A stretch of 59,831 nt of DNA, filler included, from Dugesia japonica (GCA_001938525.1; 5 parts of 5 records of this genome joined end to end with filler, not necessarily neighbours in it), one strand, 5' to 3'; counted from the whole stretch's first letter, positions 12,415-26,864 are shown. Notes: a model not told the origin generated them from the sequence alone. A program made the numbers and translations.

Positions 12415-12911
12415 TTCACTATTTTATTGTAAACATGTCAGTTTATTTTCTAAATATATTTTAATATCTTCTAATAATAAAAAAATGTTTAAAATTTAAA
12501 GTCAAGTTAGATCTTATTTTCTCAGTTTAATTCAGATTCATTTGAATATCAAAGAATAAACAATTGAAAATTCGTCTTAAAACCAAGAAGTAGATAAAGA
12601 AAATTAATTGATGAATTTCAAAAATAAAATCCAAATTTTAAACGAAATTAATAAGTCTTTCGATGAAAATAATAATTACAGAAATTCTTAACAAAAAGAA
12701 CAGAATTTATTCTAATACAACTAAGAAACAAGTAATAAAACAAACAAGAAAAATTACAATTCATTAACGGATTTATTTACTTAGATTGAATAAAAAACAT
12801 TTTTTTTTGTCAAATTACGATTTCTTATTTAAATAAAAATGATGTTTTATTTTCATTGTGCAATGGTAAGGATTAAATTTTCTTTATTAAAATTATTATA
12901 ATGTTGTTTAC

Positions 12912-13131
12912 TGCTTTTGTTGGACAAAATTCATTGAATTCAGAAATTCCAGCATAATATTTGACTTCGGAATCTGGTATTTCTGGTAAATTTTGAAAAT
13001 ATTGAAATTCTAAGGATACATTTTTGTGTCTTTCTAAATGACAAAAATCAAAATATTTTCTATTTTCAGAACATCTTGCTATGTTTCCTTGTTCATATAT
13101 TCTATCACAAAAGGGTTCCAATGAAGCTTTT
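12912..13131 (-). CDS. LMLN: Leishmanolysin/invadolysin-like peptidase (M8) exon
   Basis: PFCD...CH...LEFQYFQNLPEIPDSEVKYYAGISEFNEFCP matches invadolysin EYQYFD...YYGGSVEIADYCP; acceptor ttttag at 13132, donor gtaaac at 12911. Confidence 0.85.
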
Positions 13132-13541
13132 CTAAAATTTTGAAAATAAGATAGGTTTTAATAAATTATATCAAAAAGGTGTGTTTTTTTAATATTGTTT
13201 AATTAAAAATTCAAATATTTAACGAGTATCCTCTTCAGAGATTTACCTTTTAATTCATTGAAGTTTTTCAGAAGAAATATATGATTGTAGATTTTATTTT
13301 ATTGAATTCTAATTGGATAATTTATTTTAATTATATACTCGATTTTATGTTGGTCTTTTGTATTAGTATTTCTTTATGATTTTCTGTGACATGTTACAAT
13401 GTCATTCATTCTTATTGATTTCCATGTTATATAATGAAGTTCTGTTAAATTTTATGTATGTTGAAAGTTTGTGAAAACTTCACTTTCTTTCCTCATGNNN
13501 NNNNNNNNNNNNNNNNNNNNNNNNNNNNNNNNNNNNNNNNN

Positions 13542-13553
13542 TTAATTAATTAA
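13542..13553. other. Artificial contig linker TTAATTAATTAA in N-run
   Basis: Six-frame-stop 12-mer centred in a 100-bp spacer; identical at four places. Confidence 0.95.
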
Positions 13554-13597
13554 NNNNNNNNNNNNNNNNNNNNNNNNNNNNNNNNNNNNNNNNNNNN

Positions 13598-14160
13598 CTT
13601 CTATCTAATGCTGACTTTGGTTAGTGGAAATTTGAAAATATTTTTTCCTAAACATTTTCATGTCATTTGCCTTGCACATCTTCTGCACAATTGTTGTCTA
13701 GGAGTATAAATGAGACTCATATCTGCTCATATAATCATAACTTGATTGCATTTATAAAAGCAAATTTAAGCTAGAAAATGTAAAATATTATTTTTTTGTA
13801 ATGTATAATAAAGATATTTAGTTTTGTAAAATTTTTATTTTAAATTCTAAATTTAATCCTCAAGTCATCACATTTCAAATCGTATCTTGATTGGAAAAAA
13901 TATATTTCAATAAATTCCCTAAGATTGTCGAAATGTTTATATATTTCTCTAGATATTCATAAATTTAATCAAACTTATCAATTCTAGTTTATAAAAGTAA
14001 TTTGATATTTCAAATTATTAATATTTATTATTAATTCATCACAGTAATTTTTGTGANTACAAAATCAAGTGTAAATTAATTATAAATATCAATAATTTTA
14101 AAAATTATTGCATAAGCTTCAGGAATTATTTGAAAAACAAAGTTTTAAAATTTATTTGAA
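13598..14160 (+). mobile_element. Degenerate hAT-related transposase fragment
   Basis: LKIFFPKHFHVICLAHLLHNCCL (CxAH motif). Confidence 0.55.
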
Positions 14161-14299
14161 AAATCAAAAAAATGTTTTCCTATTTTCATAGATGGTTCAA
14201 TATTTTGGCTATGTCTACTTATTTATTTATTTAATATACAGACAAATTGTTAGAATAATTTTTAAAAAGAAAATTATTCTAATCATTGCTTTACGTTTA

Positions 14300-14840
14300 A
14301 CCTTCATCAAATCATAGACGAAAAATAGAAAAAAAGACGATATGAAACCATGTTGTCTCTTCTAATTAAATATAATGAGAAGAATATTCTGCACAAGGCC
14401 ATAACCTTCCTTGACTGCTATCAAGCCCATTAGCAACTCAATCAAAATTTTGCTATGAATTTGGTGGGACTATGTCGGAGTGTTATACTATGAGTTGCTG
14501 AAATCAAGAAAAACAGTCTCGTCGGCAAACTACAAAGGCTTGAAAAAATAGACAATTTTATTTAACTAGACCCGTAATTTTTCTACATGACAATGCTCAA
14601 CCACATACGTCAACGATCATGGCGGACTGTATTTTCTATTTGGGTTGGAAAATACTACTCATGTTCCGTCTAACATCACTTGTCTGATTTGCGGAACGAA
14701 ACAATTGATGATATCTTAAAACATCTATCTTAAATTAACAAGATTCAAAACTGTCATTTGTTTCCTGGTCGGAATTCACGAACTACTGGAAAAATGGTTA
14801 CACTTTAAAGCCAGTAAAAGAGATTATTTCCAAGATTAAT
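14300..14840 (+). mobile_element. Degenerate mariner transposase fragment
   Basis: LL*IWWDYVGVLYYELLK and FLHDNAQPHTS motifs; C-terminal GIHELLEKW...KGDYF-like text. Confidence 0.8.
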
Positions 14841-15319
14841 TTTTAATTACATGTTGTATAAATATATCTTTATTTTATTAATATGTTGATTTATAATATT
14901 ATTAAAAATATGCATATTTTCAATTTTAAGACCTGATTTAATGGATTAATGACGGATATGTGAATTACAATATTTTAGTACAGAAAAACTAAATTAAAAG
15001 CAGCAATTAATATTCTATATCAAATAAGTAGGTGTTGATTTTGTCATTCTTTAGTTAAGATTTCATTTAAAATAAATTTCTGTGCATGTAATCCCACATA
15101 TCAAGAGAAATAAATAAAATAATTTAATAAAATAAAATATTTAAAATAATCATTTAGATGAAAATCAAATTCTTATAAATCATTACAATTACCAACAAAT
15201 CATTAATCATTTTGATATAGACAAACAAAGGATTTCCCAAATATATACATTTACACAGATATATAAATACATTTAAACATTTAAATATTTATCTATCTAT
15301 CTATCTATATATAAAATAT

Positions 15320-15440
15320 TAATATTATTATTTATATTATTATTTATATTATTATTTATATTATTATTTATATTATTATTATTTATATTATTATTTATAT
15401 TATTATTTATATTATTAATATTATTAAAATATTATTAATT
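15320..15440 (+). repeat. 12-bp AT-only tandem repeat (ttatttatatta)n
   Basis: Directly visible. Confidence 0.85.
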
Positions 15441-15510
15441 AAAAAAATATTTATTAAATTCTCTTTATATCTTTGTTTAGATCTTTGTTACTCAATTCTA
15501 TAAATTTTAT

Positions 15511-15870
15511 CGAAATTTTATTGGTTAATTTTTTTTTATACTTTTAATTTAAAATTTTAATGATTTTTATTTTTTAAATCAACTCAACTCAAAAAATTTC
15601 AAAAATAATTTTTTTTTATTAATTAATATATAAAAGTCTTTTAGGTATTTTAGATATATTATATTTAGAATTTTTTTAATATTAAATTTTTGTAATTTTT
15701 TTGCAAATTTTTAAAAATTTTTATTTTGTTTTTTTATAGATATAATTTATGTTATTTTAAATACATATTATTTTTTATAAATTTATTTTCTATTTTTTTT
15801 AAAATTTTTTAAAATTTATTCAAAAATGAACTAATTTTACACAAAATTATAAAATTAATTTTTTTTGAAC
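15511..15870 (+). repeat. Dispersed AT-rich repeat, second copy at 56097-56415
   Basis: Shared text cgaaattttattggtt...aaatcaactc...aaaagtctttta...caaaaatgaactaattttacac...tttgaac. Confidence 0.85.
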
Positions 15871-18339
15871 AAAAAAAATTTTTAAAAAGTTTCTTTCAAA
15901 TTCGTATTAGGACAACTAATTAATATATTTAATTAATATTATTANNNNNNNNNNNNNNNNNNNNNNNNNNNNNNNNNNNNNNNNNNNNNNNNNNNNNNNN
16001 NNNNNNNNNNNNNNNNNNNNNNNNNNNNNNNNNNNNNNNNNNNNNNNNNNNNNNNNNNNNNNNNNNNNNNNNNNNNNNNNNNNNNNNNNNNNNNNNNNNN
16101 NNNNNNNNNNNNNNNNNNNNNNNNNNNNNNNNNNNNNNNNNNNNNNNNNNNNNTTTAGTAATATATTTTTTAAGATATTAAGATTTTGAGATATTAATAT
16201 TAATGAAATTCTATTTAATAATTTCTTTGCGTTTGAAATCATTAAATAATTCAAATTTTTAATATATTTCTTAAAAACTTTATTTTTAACTGAAAATTCC
16301 ATGATTTATTAAAGTTTTCTAAATTTCATACAACTACAATTTGTTAAAGAATTGTAGTAAAATATGACTAATTAAAATGTGTTTCATTTTATTTATTAGT
16401 TTGATTAGCAATGCCACATTAAAATATAATTTGAGTTGGTATTTTTGTTAACGCTTAAAAAAAATTAATATTCATAATATTCAAATCAATTAACTCATCA
16501 ACACTTCATGATAAGCAATTTATTAAAAATAACCCATGTCTCTGGAATTAAAAATAATATTTATAATTTAATATTTAAATATTTATAAATTCAAAAAATT
16601 AAAATTAAACCTCTAATATACATTTATTTAAATTTTTAAATAAAAATATATTAAATAAGTTTAACGATAAATTTTATTAATTATTTTAATATACTCTAAA
16701 AAACCAATATTTGGAAAAACCAATTTCGATAATTAAAATTTATTTTCAATTACAAAGATCAGAACAATGTTTTTCTATTTAAATAGATTGTTCAATATTC
16801 CAGCTATGCCATCTTCAGGAACTATTGCTCAATTCATTCTGGTTATAAACGTTTAAATAGAAACACAATTTACATTAATCTGATAAAAATTATACTTTAA
16901 AAACTTTAAAAATTTCCTGAACCATTTCTGACAATGTTTTATTATTGTTTAATTTTTTCCAAATATATTTTTAAAATTCTTTTTTTTAAAATTTAGATTT
17001 CATTCAATTGCAAATATCAATTACATTCATTTGATAAATATTTATTTTTAATTATAATATAAAATAATTCAATTTTGATTTTTGTTTAAATGACTCTTTT
17101 CTATTCAAAATTTTACTGTTGATAAAAATTGTTTAAATTCAATAAAATTGAATTCGTATGTCATATTGTGTTATTTTTACTTAAAATTGAAAGTTGTCTG
17201 CTTTCAAAGAAATGATTAAATTACAATTATCAATGATTTCATAAAAAATAAGAATTTCCTGTTCTTTTCGGGAGTGTAATAGAGAAAAACAACGAAAATT
17301 CCTATTCAACCATATTACTAATAATTTTTATTTTTCGATGAATAATTAATCAAAAATTTGATTATTTTATTCAAAATCACTAAAAGAAAATAATTATTTC
17401 AAAAAGTGTTTTTATTTTTTTTGAAAACACTAAAAAGAAAAACAATTTTAACCGATAGAAAATTACATTAATTTTTCTCAAATAAAAACATTTTGATGAG
17501 ACGGTTTCAATTTTCTGAAATGTAATTAATGGATCAATTATTTGTTTTTCCTTTTCAGATTTAAATTTTAAAAAAAAATATTTATGGCAATTTTATAAAA
17601 TTTCAATTTAAATAAAACATTCACGCTGAAAAATCATCTGAAATAATTTAAAATCTATTTAAAAAATTTTCATTAATAAATTAATTATAATAAACAATAT
17701 TAATAATTTAATTTCATTTATATTTTTTAGAGATTTTTCTAAAAACAATTTTGAATTATTTTTAAAAAAATACATAAAATATATTAAATATAATTTATGA
17801 TATTATATATTTATTAATAAGAACAGGCAGATAGTGGCACACTAGACCACTTCCTCCTCACCATACGTAATGGGATCTATACATTTTATAAAGTATGTTA
17901 GTAATCTATACAAATTATTAGGGAATCGGTTAATCAATATGACGGGATCGACATTATGGCTGCATCATAATTATTGATTACATTACAGTGATATAGAGGA
18001 TTACGTAATCTCTCTGGAATTACATAGCAGTGACAATTGTCACCATAAATATTACATAATCAACGGAAAACTTTAATTTCCTCACAAAAACTAAGCTTTT
18101 TAAGGCTTTTAAATAAGTTGAAGATAAACCCCAGGAACGACAAACTAAATTGTTTATCACGATCTTCTTATAGGTAGATAACAATACTTATTTGTATTAA
18201 CATATAAGCCAGTATTACTTTTCTTTTTTAGATTTTAGTCTCATAATGTTATGATTTACACATAAATACCAAAAAATGGCAAAATAAAATTCCTTTAATT
18301 TTATATTAGAAAAATTGTTTTTGTTTAAATTGACCAGTA

Positions 18340-19420
18340 TTTATAAATTTGAAGTAATGATGTATCAATGATCATTATCGCGATCTTTTAGAGAAATCAA
18401 GGAAACTTGTTAGCTTATCATAAATCTTCGGTTTGCAATATTGTGTTTCTAGGCAAAGTAAAAGGGGAAATAGGCCACGAGATATAACTGAATGTCGATA
18501 TTAAAACGCAATAGAATTCAATTTCAAAGATGATTGAGCCACTGATAAAAACGGAAACCACGATTCAAGAGACATTAATTGAATTTCAAGGATTAAAAAT
18601 GATTAAAGATTTAGATTTTTCTGCTCTTAAACTACTACACAAAGCAATGGAACCTATAAAATTAGCTGNAGTTAATCTCAGTCGCAACAATTTAAAATTA
18701 GTAAGCGCCGAAAAAAATTCGCAATTTATGTTTATGAAACTTTTTGACATAAACAGTGACTTTAGTAACAAACTTATAGAAAATTTCGAACATGGTGTAA
18801 ATTGAAAATGTCATGAAGTTACTGCAAAGCCTTAAGAATCCAACAGTGACGACATCAAAAGTCACACTTACGTTTGCAGGAAATTTTGTTTCTCATCCTT
18901 TTGGGGTTACTTATATAGACGAAGCGGTTCAACAACAGTTGAATATTGATCAAAATGAAAACTTATCATTAAAAGAGGAATTAAATATGTTGCTCCAAAT
19001 AATGAATTATCAAAACATTTCTCAGGATTAGGTTCAAAGCTTAAGTGACTCAAATCATAATTTAAATTATTCAAAAATACAGATCAGCGAACTGAAAACC
19101 TACATAAACTATATAGCGGAATTCTTTGTTTTAAATCAACGTCTACAGATGTAGAACAAGTGTTTTTAGTATGCAGAAACCTTTTCACCAAAATAAGATC
19201 CCGTTTTTCTGATAGATAACTTCAAGCTCCTTTGTATTAAAAATACTATTATATGAAGTAAAAATGTAATAGTTAAATGGTGTTTTTTATATATGATAAA
19301 ATAAAATGTTATCTTTTACTTTAAGAAATTTGAGAAAAATAAAAAACAGTAAAAACAGCTGTGAACAGTTGTTTTTTCTAAACTTAAAAACAGTAACAGC
19401 TGTTATTAGAAAAACCCTAA
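18340..19420 (+). mobile_element. hAT transposon, 3' part, degenerate
   Basis: AMEPIKLA..NLSRN; dimerisation motif STSTDVEQVF...TKIRSRFSD; subterminal aacag repeats and a terminus ...gaaaaacccta; related to 51020-52385. Confidence 0.8.
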
Positions 19421-20989
19421 TTCAAACGATATGAAAACTCTAAATAATCAATTTACAAGAATCAACGGTACTTTGGAATATAGGAAATCACTTTTATCAA
19501 TTACATAGAAAAACGAAATAACCATGTCTCTAATATCGATGACAAATGTAATATTTCTGTTGAGATTTCTGAATTCAAAGAGCTAGAGATTAATGTAAAA
19601 CCTATTTGGAAAACTAAATGAATTCAAAGTTGAAAACATTTTTATTATCGTATTTGATTTATTTAAGGTCAAACTTTACTAAGCACTAAATTCTCTATCG
19701 AATAGATTGGCTGATGATAAAACTTGAGAAGTCAAAATACTTTCAAAAAAAAAAGGTTTTACCAAAATTGATCAATAGAAAATTCTCAACAGATTGGTAA
19801 AAATATTTTCATAATTGAAAAACAATATACTTTTGTAAAATTAAAAATATCGGTTAATTTAAACAAAAAAATATATTTCCACTGGATTATCATGAGAAAT
19901 GCAAATCTCCTGTTGATTACATAATACGCGCCATAATTGTGACGTAATATACATTGCCGTGTAATTCCCGACTGGTTATGTAACTACTAAAACATTATGA
20001 CGTCATCGATTATTTTGTTGTTTGCTTAGATAGTTTGATAAAAAGTATATTTATGTTACTTTTGGATTAAAATTGCTATCATTTTAAGTAAGATTATATT
20101 ATAAAAAAATTATATTATTATTTTTAATATTAGTATTATTTTCATAAATAAAAATGATATTGTCCATTAAAATCAGATAAGTGTTAGATTGATAAAGTAG
20201 TTGACACGGAACTGAGTATGTGAATGAACAATGGTATCATACGAATAACAAAAAACAACAAAAATAAATGAATAATAAAAAGGAGAATACTCGGTTATAC
20301 CGAAACAATAATGAAGTTATATAAAAAATTGATAAAGATGAAAATATGATTACACTAAAAGTAAAATAGAACAATGCAGTTCATAATAAGGTATATGAAA
20401 TATGGGTTAAAAATAACTTACTGAAATAAGACTACAATTACAATTTTCTAAATGATGCAACAAAAAGAATAGATAAAATTAGAAGTAACTCAGACGTAAA
20501 AGCAGTTCTAAAAATACTAATCAATATCTAGCAAAAGAACCTTTTCAGACTTACAGAATTTATTGTAAATAAAATCAAAGTTTGTCAAAAATGAAAGTCA
20601 AAGAGTAATGGTATTAAAGACATAAAGAGAATTTTATAATTACAATTATTGTGAGAATAATTGTTGGACTTAACCATTGATCGGATTTGAGATTTCATNN
20701 NNNNNNNNNNNNNNNNNNNNNNNNNNNNNNNNNNNNNNNNNNNNNNNNNNNNNNNNNNNNNNNNNNNNNNNNNNNNNNNNNNNNNNNNNNNNNNNNNNNN
20801 NNNNNNNNNNNNNNNNNNNNNNNNNNNNNNNNNNNNNNNNNNNNNNNNNNNNNNNNNNNNNNNNNNNNNNNNNNNNAATGTTATGATTTACACATAAATA
20901 CCAAAAAATGGCAAAATACAATTCCTTTAATTTTATATTAGACAATTTATAAAATTTTAGCTGGTAATAATATTGATTTTTTGAAAAAT

Positions 20990-21645
20990 AATTAAAACTG
21001 TGTTGAATATTTATGAACTTGATATTATTATTGATTCTTTATTCTGAAGGTATTTAAAAGATTAATTGTTTTATTCTATAAGCTTTTATTGATCTTTTTT
21101 TATTGAAAATAGTTTCTACATCACATAAAATTGGTAAAAGCTTTGTTAATAAATTCCATACCCAAATTGGTGTGTGGTCTAATCTTGTTTATCAATTTAT
21201 ATATAATTGGTATGGTTCCACATANATTGGGTTCAAGAGCAAAGTCGTATTGATGGTCGTAGTAAAATTGCTGAGGAAAAGAATAAAAAATAAATATAAT
21301 GCAAATGTTGACATTTTAAATTTCAAAATTTATTGGAAGAGAGTATTGTATGAAATGTTGATGATAAGAATTTTTACTACAAGCAATAATGTACAGATAC
21401 ATCCTTCGACTAAATTAATAAAAGTGTTTTAGATTTAATGTTTGTTTTTTTGTATTTACAATTTAGATCTTTAATTTCATAAAAATTTCATTTTTAGTTT
21501 TAAAAATTCTGAATTTTTATTATAGCAATCTAATTTTCAATATAATTGCTAAAATCTTTGTTTGAATAACACCGACTGATTAATCATGTATGTTTCATTT
21601 TGTCTGATGATGACGAATGTTGATCCGTTGAATATATATCATAAT
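20990..21645 (+). mobile_element. Penelope-like family A GIY-YIG/pseudo-LTR fragment, degenerate
   Basis: KIVSTSHKIGKSFVNKFHTQIGVWSNLVYQF homologous to 9750-9840; CTGATGA core at 21604. Confidence 0.8.
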
Positions 21646-22069
21646 AAGTTCTATTTTAAATAAAATTAATTAATATAACATTATATGAACAATGAAAATT
21701 AATTATCATTGAATATCATTGATGAGTTTATGTATGCAAATATATTTATTTTGATATTTTATTTAGTAAGATTACTTATGTGAATACTCTGTAAATGTAT
21801 AATATATTTTATTTTGTTATGAATGTTATACGATAATAATTATGGTTTTTATTTACTTTTTAAAATTCTAGGAAATATATTTTTCATAATTTGATTTCAC
21901 AAATTAATTCTAATAATTAAGTTTTACTTTCGTAAAGTTTATAATCTTTATAGTTCCATTTATTTTCATGTGCATATCATGCAAATACATTGGAGAAATA
22001 TTTTTATCCGTGTTATATACATATATATATATATATATATATAAGAAACTTTTACGGTCAAGAATCAAG

Positions 22070-25000
22070 AAATCAATATGAAATCAACAATGAAAGAGAA
22101 TTCTAAAGAAGACCAATCCATACCAAATCAACGAATTCTGATAATTATTAAAAAACATTTAATGTTATGGATGCCAAGAATTCGGGCATATCAGAAGAAA
22201 TTGTCCAAATTTGCGTTGTTCAACATGTCAAAGGAGAGGACATTTAGGCAGAGATTGTTTTCAATCAAGGAAAAATCACATAAAGAAGAATATTACTAAT
22301 AGAAAAAATTATGATAATTATAGAATTCAAAGTTTTGAACAGACGAGATCTTCTAATCGATATGATCGAGTTGGTTTACTGGATAATGTCGGTTCTCAAA
22401 ATGACAATGCTCAGATGATTACGGAAAACTGCGAAGCTTCGACCAAAAGGGAAATGATCGGAGCTATTCAGATGGGTTAAGTGTTGTCTTTGATTTGAGA
22501 TTTATTAAGTATGAATGTGATACTGTGAATGTATGTGACTGTATGTCTGTTTATAGTGTATGTTTTTTAATGAATGTTCTGCAAATTATTTAGATATTTT
22601 TTATAATTCAAATAATTCTTTTGATGATTTTGATAATTATTTTAATAATGAATTACATGTAATGGTTACAGACTTAAAGTTTGAAAATAATGAAATTATT
22701 CCTATAACTGTTAATTGAAATAACGTAATTATTGGAAATAAGTCAGATAAAAGGCTTTTTGATTGTATATTTTTGAATGAAATTGTTTTTAATGTTTGTT
22801 TGATATAGGAGCGTTATAAGTTTTAACGTGTTTAAAGAAATAAATGAAGTTTTAGAATCAATAGAAAAATCTTTAAAAATTTCTTGCGCAAATGGAAGTG
22901 CTTTGAAAATATTTGGACACTCTTTTATAAATTTAAGATATATAAGTAAAAGTATTAGAAATAGGTTTTCCGTGGCATTGGATATAATTCCTGAAATTAG
23001 ACTAGGAATGAATATTTTAGAAAAATTAAATATAGGCTTAGTGAATATGAATGGATTAATTTCTGATCAAGAAATGAAACANAAATTTATGTAATTTAGA
23101 AGATAAATTTACGAAAAGAATAACAGATTTTGATAGACAGGAAGCATTAAAATAAAAAAACATTATAGGAAAAACTTATTCATAATATAAAACAATAATA
23201 AAATTTAACAATATTTTTATGGCAAATATAGGAAAGTAGAATATAGGAAAAACAAATATCTTAAAGCATTTGATTATGATAAATTATGAGCCAATAGTTG
23301 TACCACATAGGCAACAATCAATACATTATGATGATAAAATTTAGGAAATTATTCAGAATTTAGAGGGAAATAAAATAATATTGAAATGCAAATGCCCATG
23401 GTATTTTCAAAGTGTATGTGTTCAAAAGAAGAATTCAGCTGATATTAAAAGGTGCTTGGATTTTCAGTTGTTAAATAAACATAAAATTAGATCTGCATTT
23501 CATATTCCGAATGTAAACAAAATGTTAGATTCACTACATAGAACTAAGTACTTTTTATCAATAGATTTTGGAAATGCATATTACCAAGTTGAATTGGAGG
23601 ATTATTTAAAAATTAAAACAGCATTCCTCTACAAAATATGGGAAATAATAAGTACAAAAGAAAAGAAAATCATTTGGATATCTGAATGTGAAGTAGCATT
23701 TGAGAAACTCAAAGAGAAAATGTCAAATGCTCCTATATTATGTCACCCTGATTTTAGTCGTGAATTTATTTTAGATACGGATGCAAGTTTTGACAGTCTT
23801 GACTACTTATTGTCAAAAAAGGATAATTTTAGAAGAAAAAGAGTCATTGCTTAGGGTTCAAAAAGTATGTCAAAACATGAAGTTGGATACTGCATGACGA
23901 GAAAAGAATTACTTTTAGTATTTCACTTTACGCAACACTTTAAGCATTATTTATACAGAAAACAATTTGTATCGCAAACAGACCATAAAGCGATAACTAT
24001 TATGGTAACAACAAAGAAACCGATTACAACTTAATTTCAAAATTGGATAAATTTTCTCAGTAGTTTAAATATAAAGTTAGAGTACAGAAAAGAAGTGAAA
24101 CATTCAAACGCAGAAGCTTTATCAAGATTAAATAATCAAGTTGTGTAAACAATGTAATATGGAACACGCTAATGATAAAACTAGAAAAGCCAAAACTCGT
24201 TTATTAGTTGTAAATGAAAATATCATTAAATATGAAATGCAGAGAAATAATGAAGAAATAAATGAAATTATACATAAGATTGATAGTAAAGAGTTGATAA
24301 AATTTAAATATCAAGACGGAATTGTTTTTAAAATAATAAAATAATTGTTTCCAAGAATAAACAAAATGACATAATTATAGAAACGCACAAGAAATTATGC
24401 TACGCTGGATTTCATAAGCTGTACAGTTTTATGAAACAAAAATATTGCATGAAAAACCTTGAAAAATATCTAAAGAAAAATAAACAGAATTGTAGAATAT
24501 GTCACGAAGGAAAAGTGTATACAATAAAAAGAAAAGAGGAATACCTATAATTAGCATCTTATAAACCATTTGAACCAATTTACATAGATTTTTGCTGACC
24601 ATTTAAACTGACAAACTCAGGAAAAAGTATATATTTGGAATTATCGATCAGTATAGCAAATATATTTTACTAAAAGCGGTAAAAAATCAAGATGATAAAA
24701 CTTCAATCAAGATTTTAAATGAATGTTGGTTTTACAATTGCAATTATTTGGAGAATAATTGTTGGACATAACCATTGATCGTTTTTCAAAATTCATTTAA
24801 AATAATTTTTTGACTAAAAATCAATTCCTGAATAAGATTAAGTCAAAATATCGAATTCTATCAAATACCAAATTAAAAAAAAACAATTTCGATCGAAGGT
24901 TTTTAATCAGTATTTTAAATGAATACTGATTATTGAAGTTTAGTTTACCGAGATCGATTCATGTTAACCACGGAAGATGTTTTTTATCATCGAATTTCAA

Positions 25001-25250
25001 AGTTTAGGCAAAGAAATTTAATTTTAAAATAGAATATTCTAGTCCATACCACCATCANNNNNNNNNNNNNNNNNNNCGGCAATTTCGGACTATTAGAGGT
25101 AGGATATATTGCTGTGTCGAAGATAAATTATTCAGAAATTGGTAAGAAATTTTACCTCAAATAGAACTTACTATGAATTTGACAATTTATAAAAGTACTA
25201 AAATAAGTCCTGCAGAAATAAATTTTGAGTCAAAGCTAAGTATAGATNNN
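22070..25250 (+). mobile_element. Ty3/Gypsy LTR retrotransposon gag-pol, degenerate
   Basis: Gag knuckle CSTCQRRGHLGRDC; protease-like region; RT start (RCLDFQLLN, IDFGNAYYQV, KTAF) with core deleted; RNase H FILDTDAS, RKELL, TDHKA; integrase PFEPIYIDF, IIDQYSKY, SPYHH. Order PR-RT-RH-IN. Confidence 0.92.
24730..24911. mobile_element. Short inverted Penelope family B pseudo-LTR insertion in the Gypsy integrase
   Basis: Left half is the reverse complement of the PLE 3' end; right half has a degenerate hammerhead at 24823-24857; flanked by an imperfect ~20-bp direct repeat attttaaatgaat... Confidence 0.75.
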
Positions 25251-25539
25251 NNNNNNNNNNNNNNNNNNNNNNNNNNNNNNNNNNNNNNNNNNNNNNNNNN
25301 NNNNNNNNNNNNNNNNNNNNNNNNNNNNNNNNNNNNNNNNATGTCTATTTATTCACAAAGATAAATGTACAATTTTCTTTAAAAATTAATTTTAAACATT
25401 ATAGAAAGAATAGGTTATTGATAAATAATACTTTCATGGTGCATATATGTGAAATAAAAAATTGTAACGATAACTTGTATTAATTAAAAAAAAATTAATA
25501 TTGTTATAATTATATTACATCAAATTAATTTAAATGTAA

Positions 25540-26772
25540 AATTTCTAAATAGAGTTCTGACACTCCTTTTATTACATTATGTAAACTTATAACAGTTATA
25601 TTAAACTCAATATTAAGTTTCATTCTAGCACATTTAAAGAATAGTTATAAGTTTATTAAACGAATTAAAATTCATGACTGAAGGAGTTATGATGAATTTG
25701 GTTCATTAAATGTAACAAATCTTTATGGATAAATTCCAATTGAAGTACCTGAAAATGTCATTGATATTGTAAGTAACTTCCTTGAAAGGTACAAAGAACA
25801 CACAAATATTCCAAAGATCATCAAAAATGATTTCAAATGTCTTATTAATTTGTGTATCTTCTCTAATAGCATTTTCATCGGCGAACTACTTTTTAATCAA
25901 AACGGTGGTCTTGCATTGGGAAATAATTTATCTCCAATTTTACCGATAATTTTCATAAAATTCATTGAAAATAAAATAATTTCTAAATCAAACAAGACCA
26001 TTCATCTTTGATTTAGATACAAAGATGATATTTTCTTTGTAACTAATTCTACTTAAGAGAATATTTTAGAAATAGCCAACAGTATAAATGATAACATTGA
26101 ATTCACTTTAGAAAAATCATTTGACTTTCAAAATCTTTTTCGAGACACTTTAGTCCAAAATAAAACTAGTGAAATATTAACTTCCAAATTATATATGAAA
26201 CCATTTCAAAGTGCACATATATTACCTTGGAGTAGTAATACTACCATCAGCCAGAAAATTAGTATAATTAAAGGTGAAAAAATTCGAGCTGAGAGACTAT
26301 CTTCAAATGAAGAAATGAAATTGATTTCTCTTGAGTTAATAAAAAATAAATTCTTAATTAACGTCTACCCAAATAAAATTATATCAAAATATTCATCTTT
26401 CAATACAATCTATAATAAAATCAAACCAAAACAGGCTACATTTCCACGCTTCATAGGAAAACATGAAGAATTACAAATTAAAGAAGATAATCTTAAAATC
26501 AATGTAATTTTTAATAATTAAACAATTAAACTTAAAAAAAATAAAAATTAAATGAAAAAAAATTAAATTAATTAAAAAAATATTTCCATTATAAACATTA
26601 ATCTTAATTAAAAAAAAAGTCAATTCTTGACGAAGACAAAATCAAAAATTAGAATTATTATCGAAAACAAAGAAAACTTGATCGAAGCTTTTATTTTAAT
26701 GAATTCTGAAAAACGATCAATGATTACATCCATTAATTATTCTCGCAATAATTGTACTTGTAAAACAAAACT

Positions 26773-26775
<3 letters not shown>
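25540..26775 (+). mobile_element. Penelope-like family B: RT region and 3' end, degenerate
   Basis: SLNVTNLYG*IP, QNGGLALGNNLSPIL, FRYKDDIF, IEFTLE, LYMKP...ILPWSSN; GIY-YIG largely deleted; degenerate hammerhead ~26621-26656; then (AAT)n. Confidence 0.88.
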
Positions 26776-26820
<45 letters not shown>

Positions 26821-26864
26821 NNNNNNNNNNNNNNNNNNNNNNNNNNNNNNNNNNNNNNNNNNNN

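Noticed and set aside
18245-18312. ~65-bp sequence duplicated at 20877-20943
   Set aside because: Second copy abuts an assembly gap; cannot distinguish a local misassembly from a repeat.
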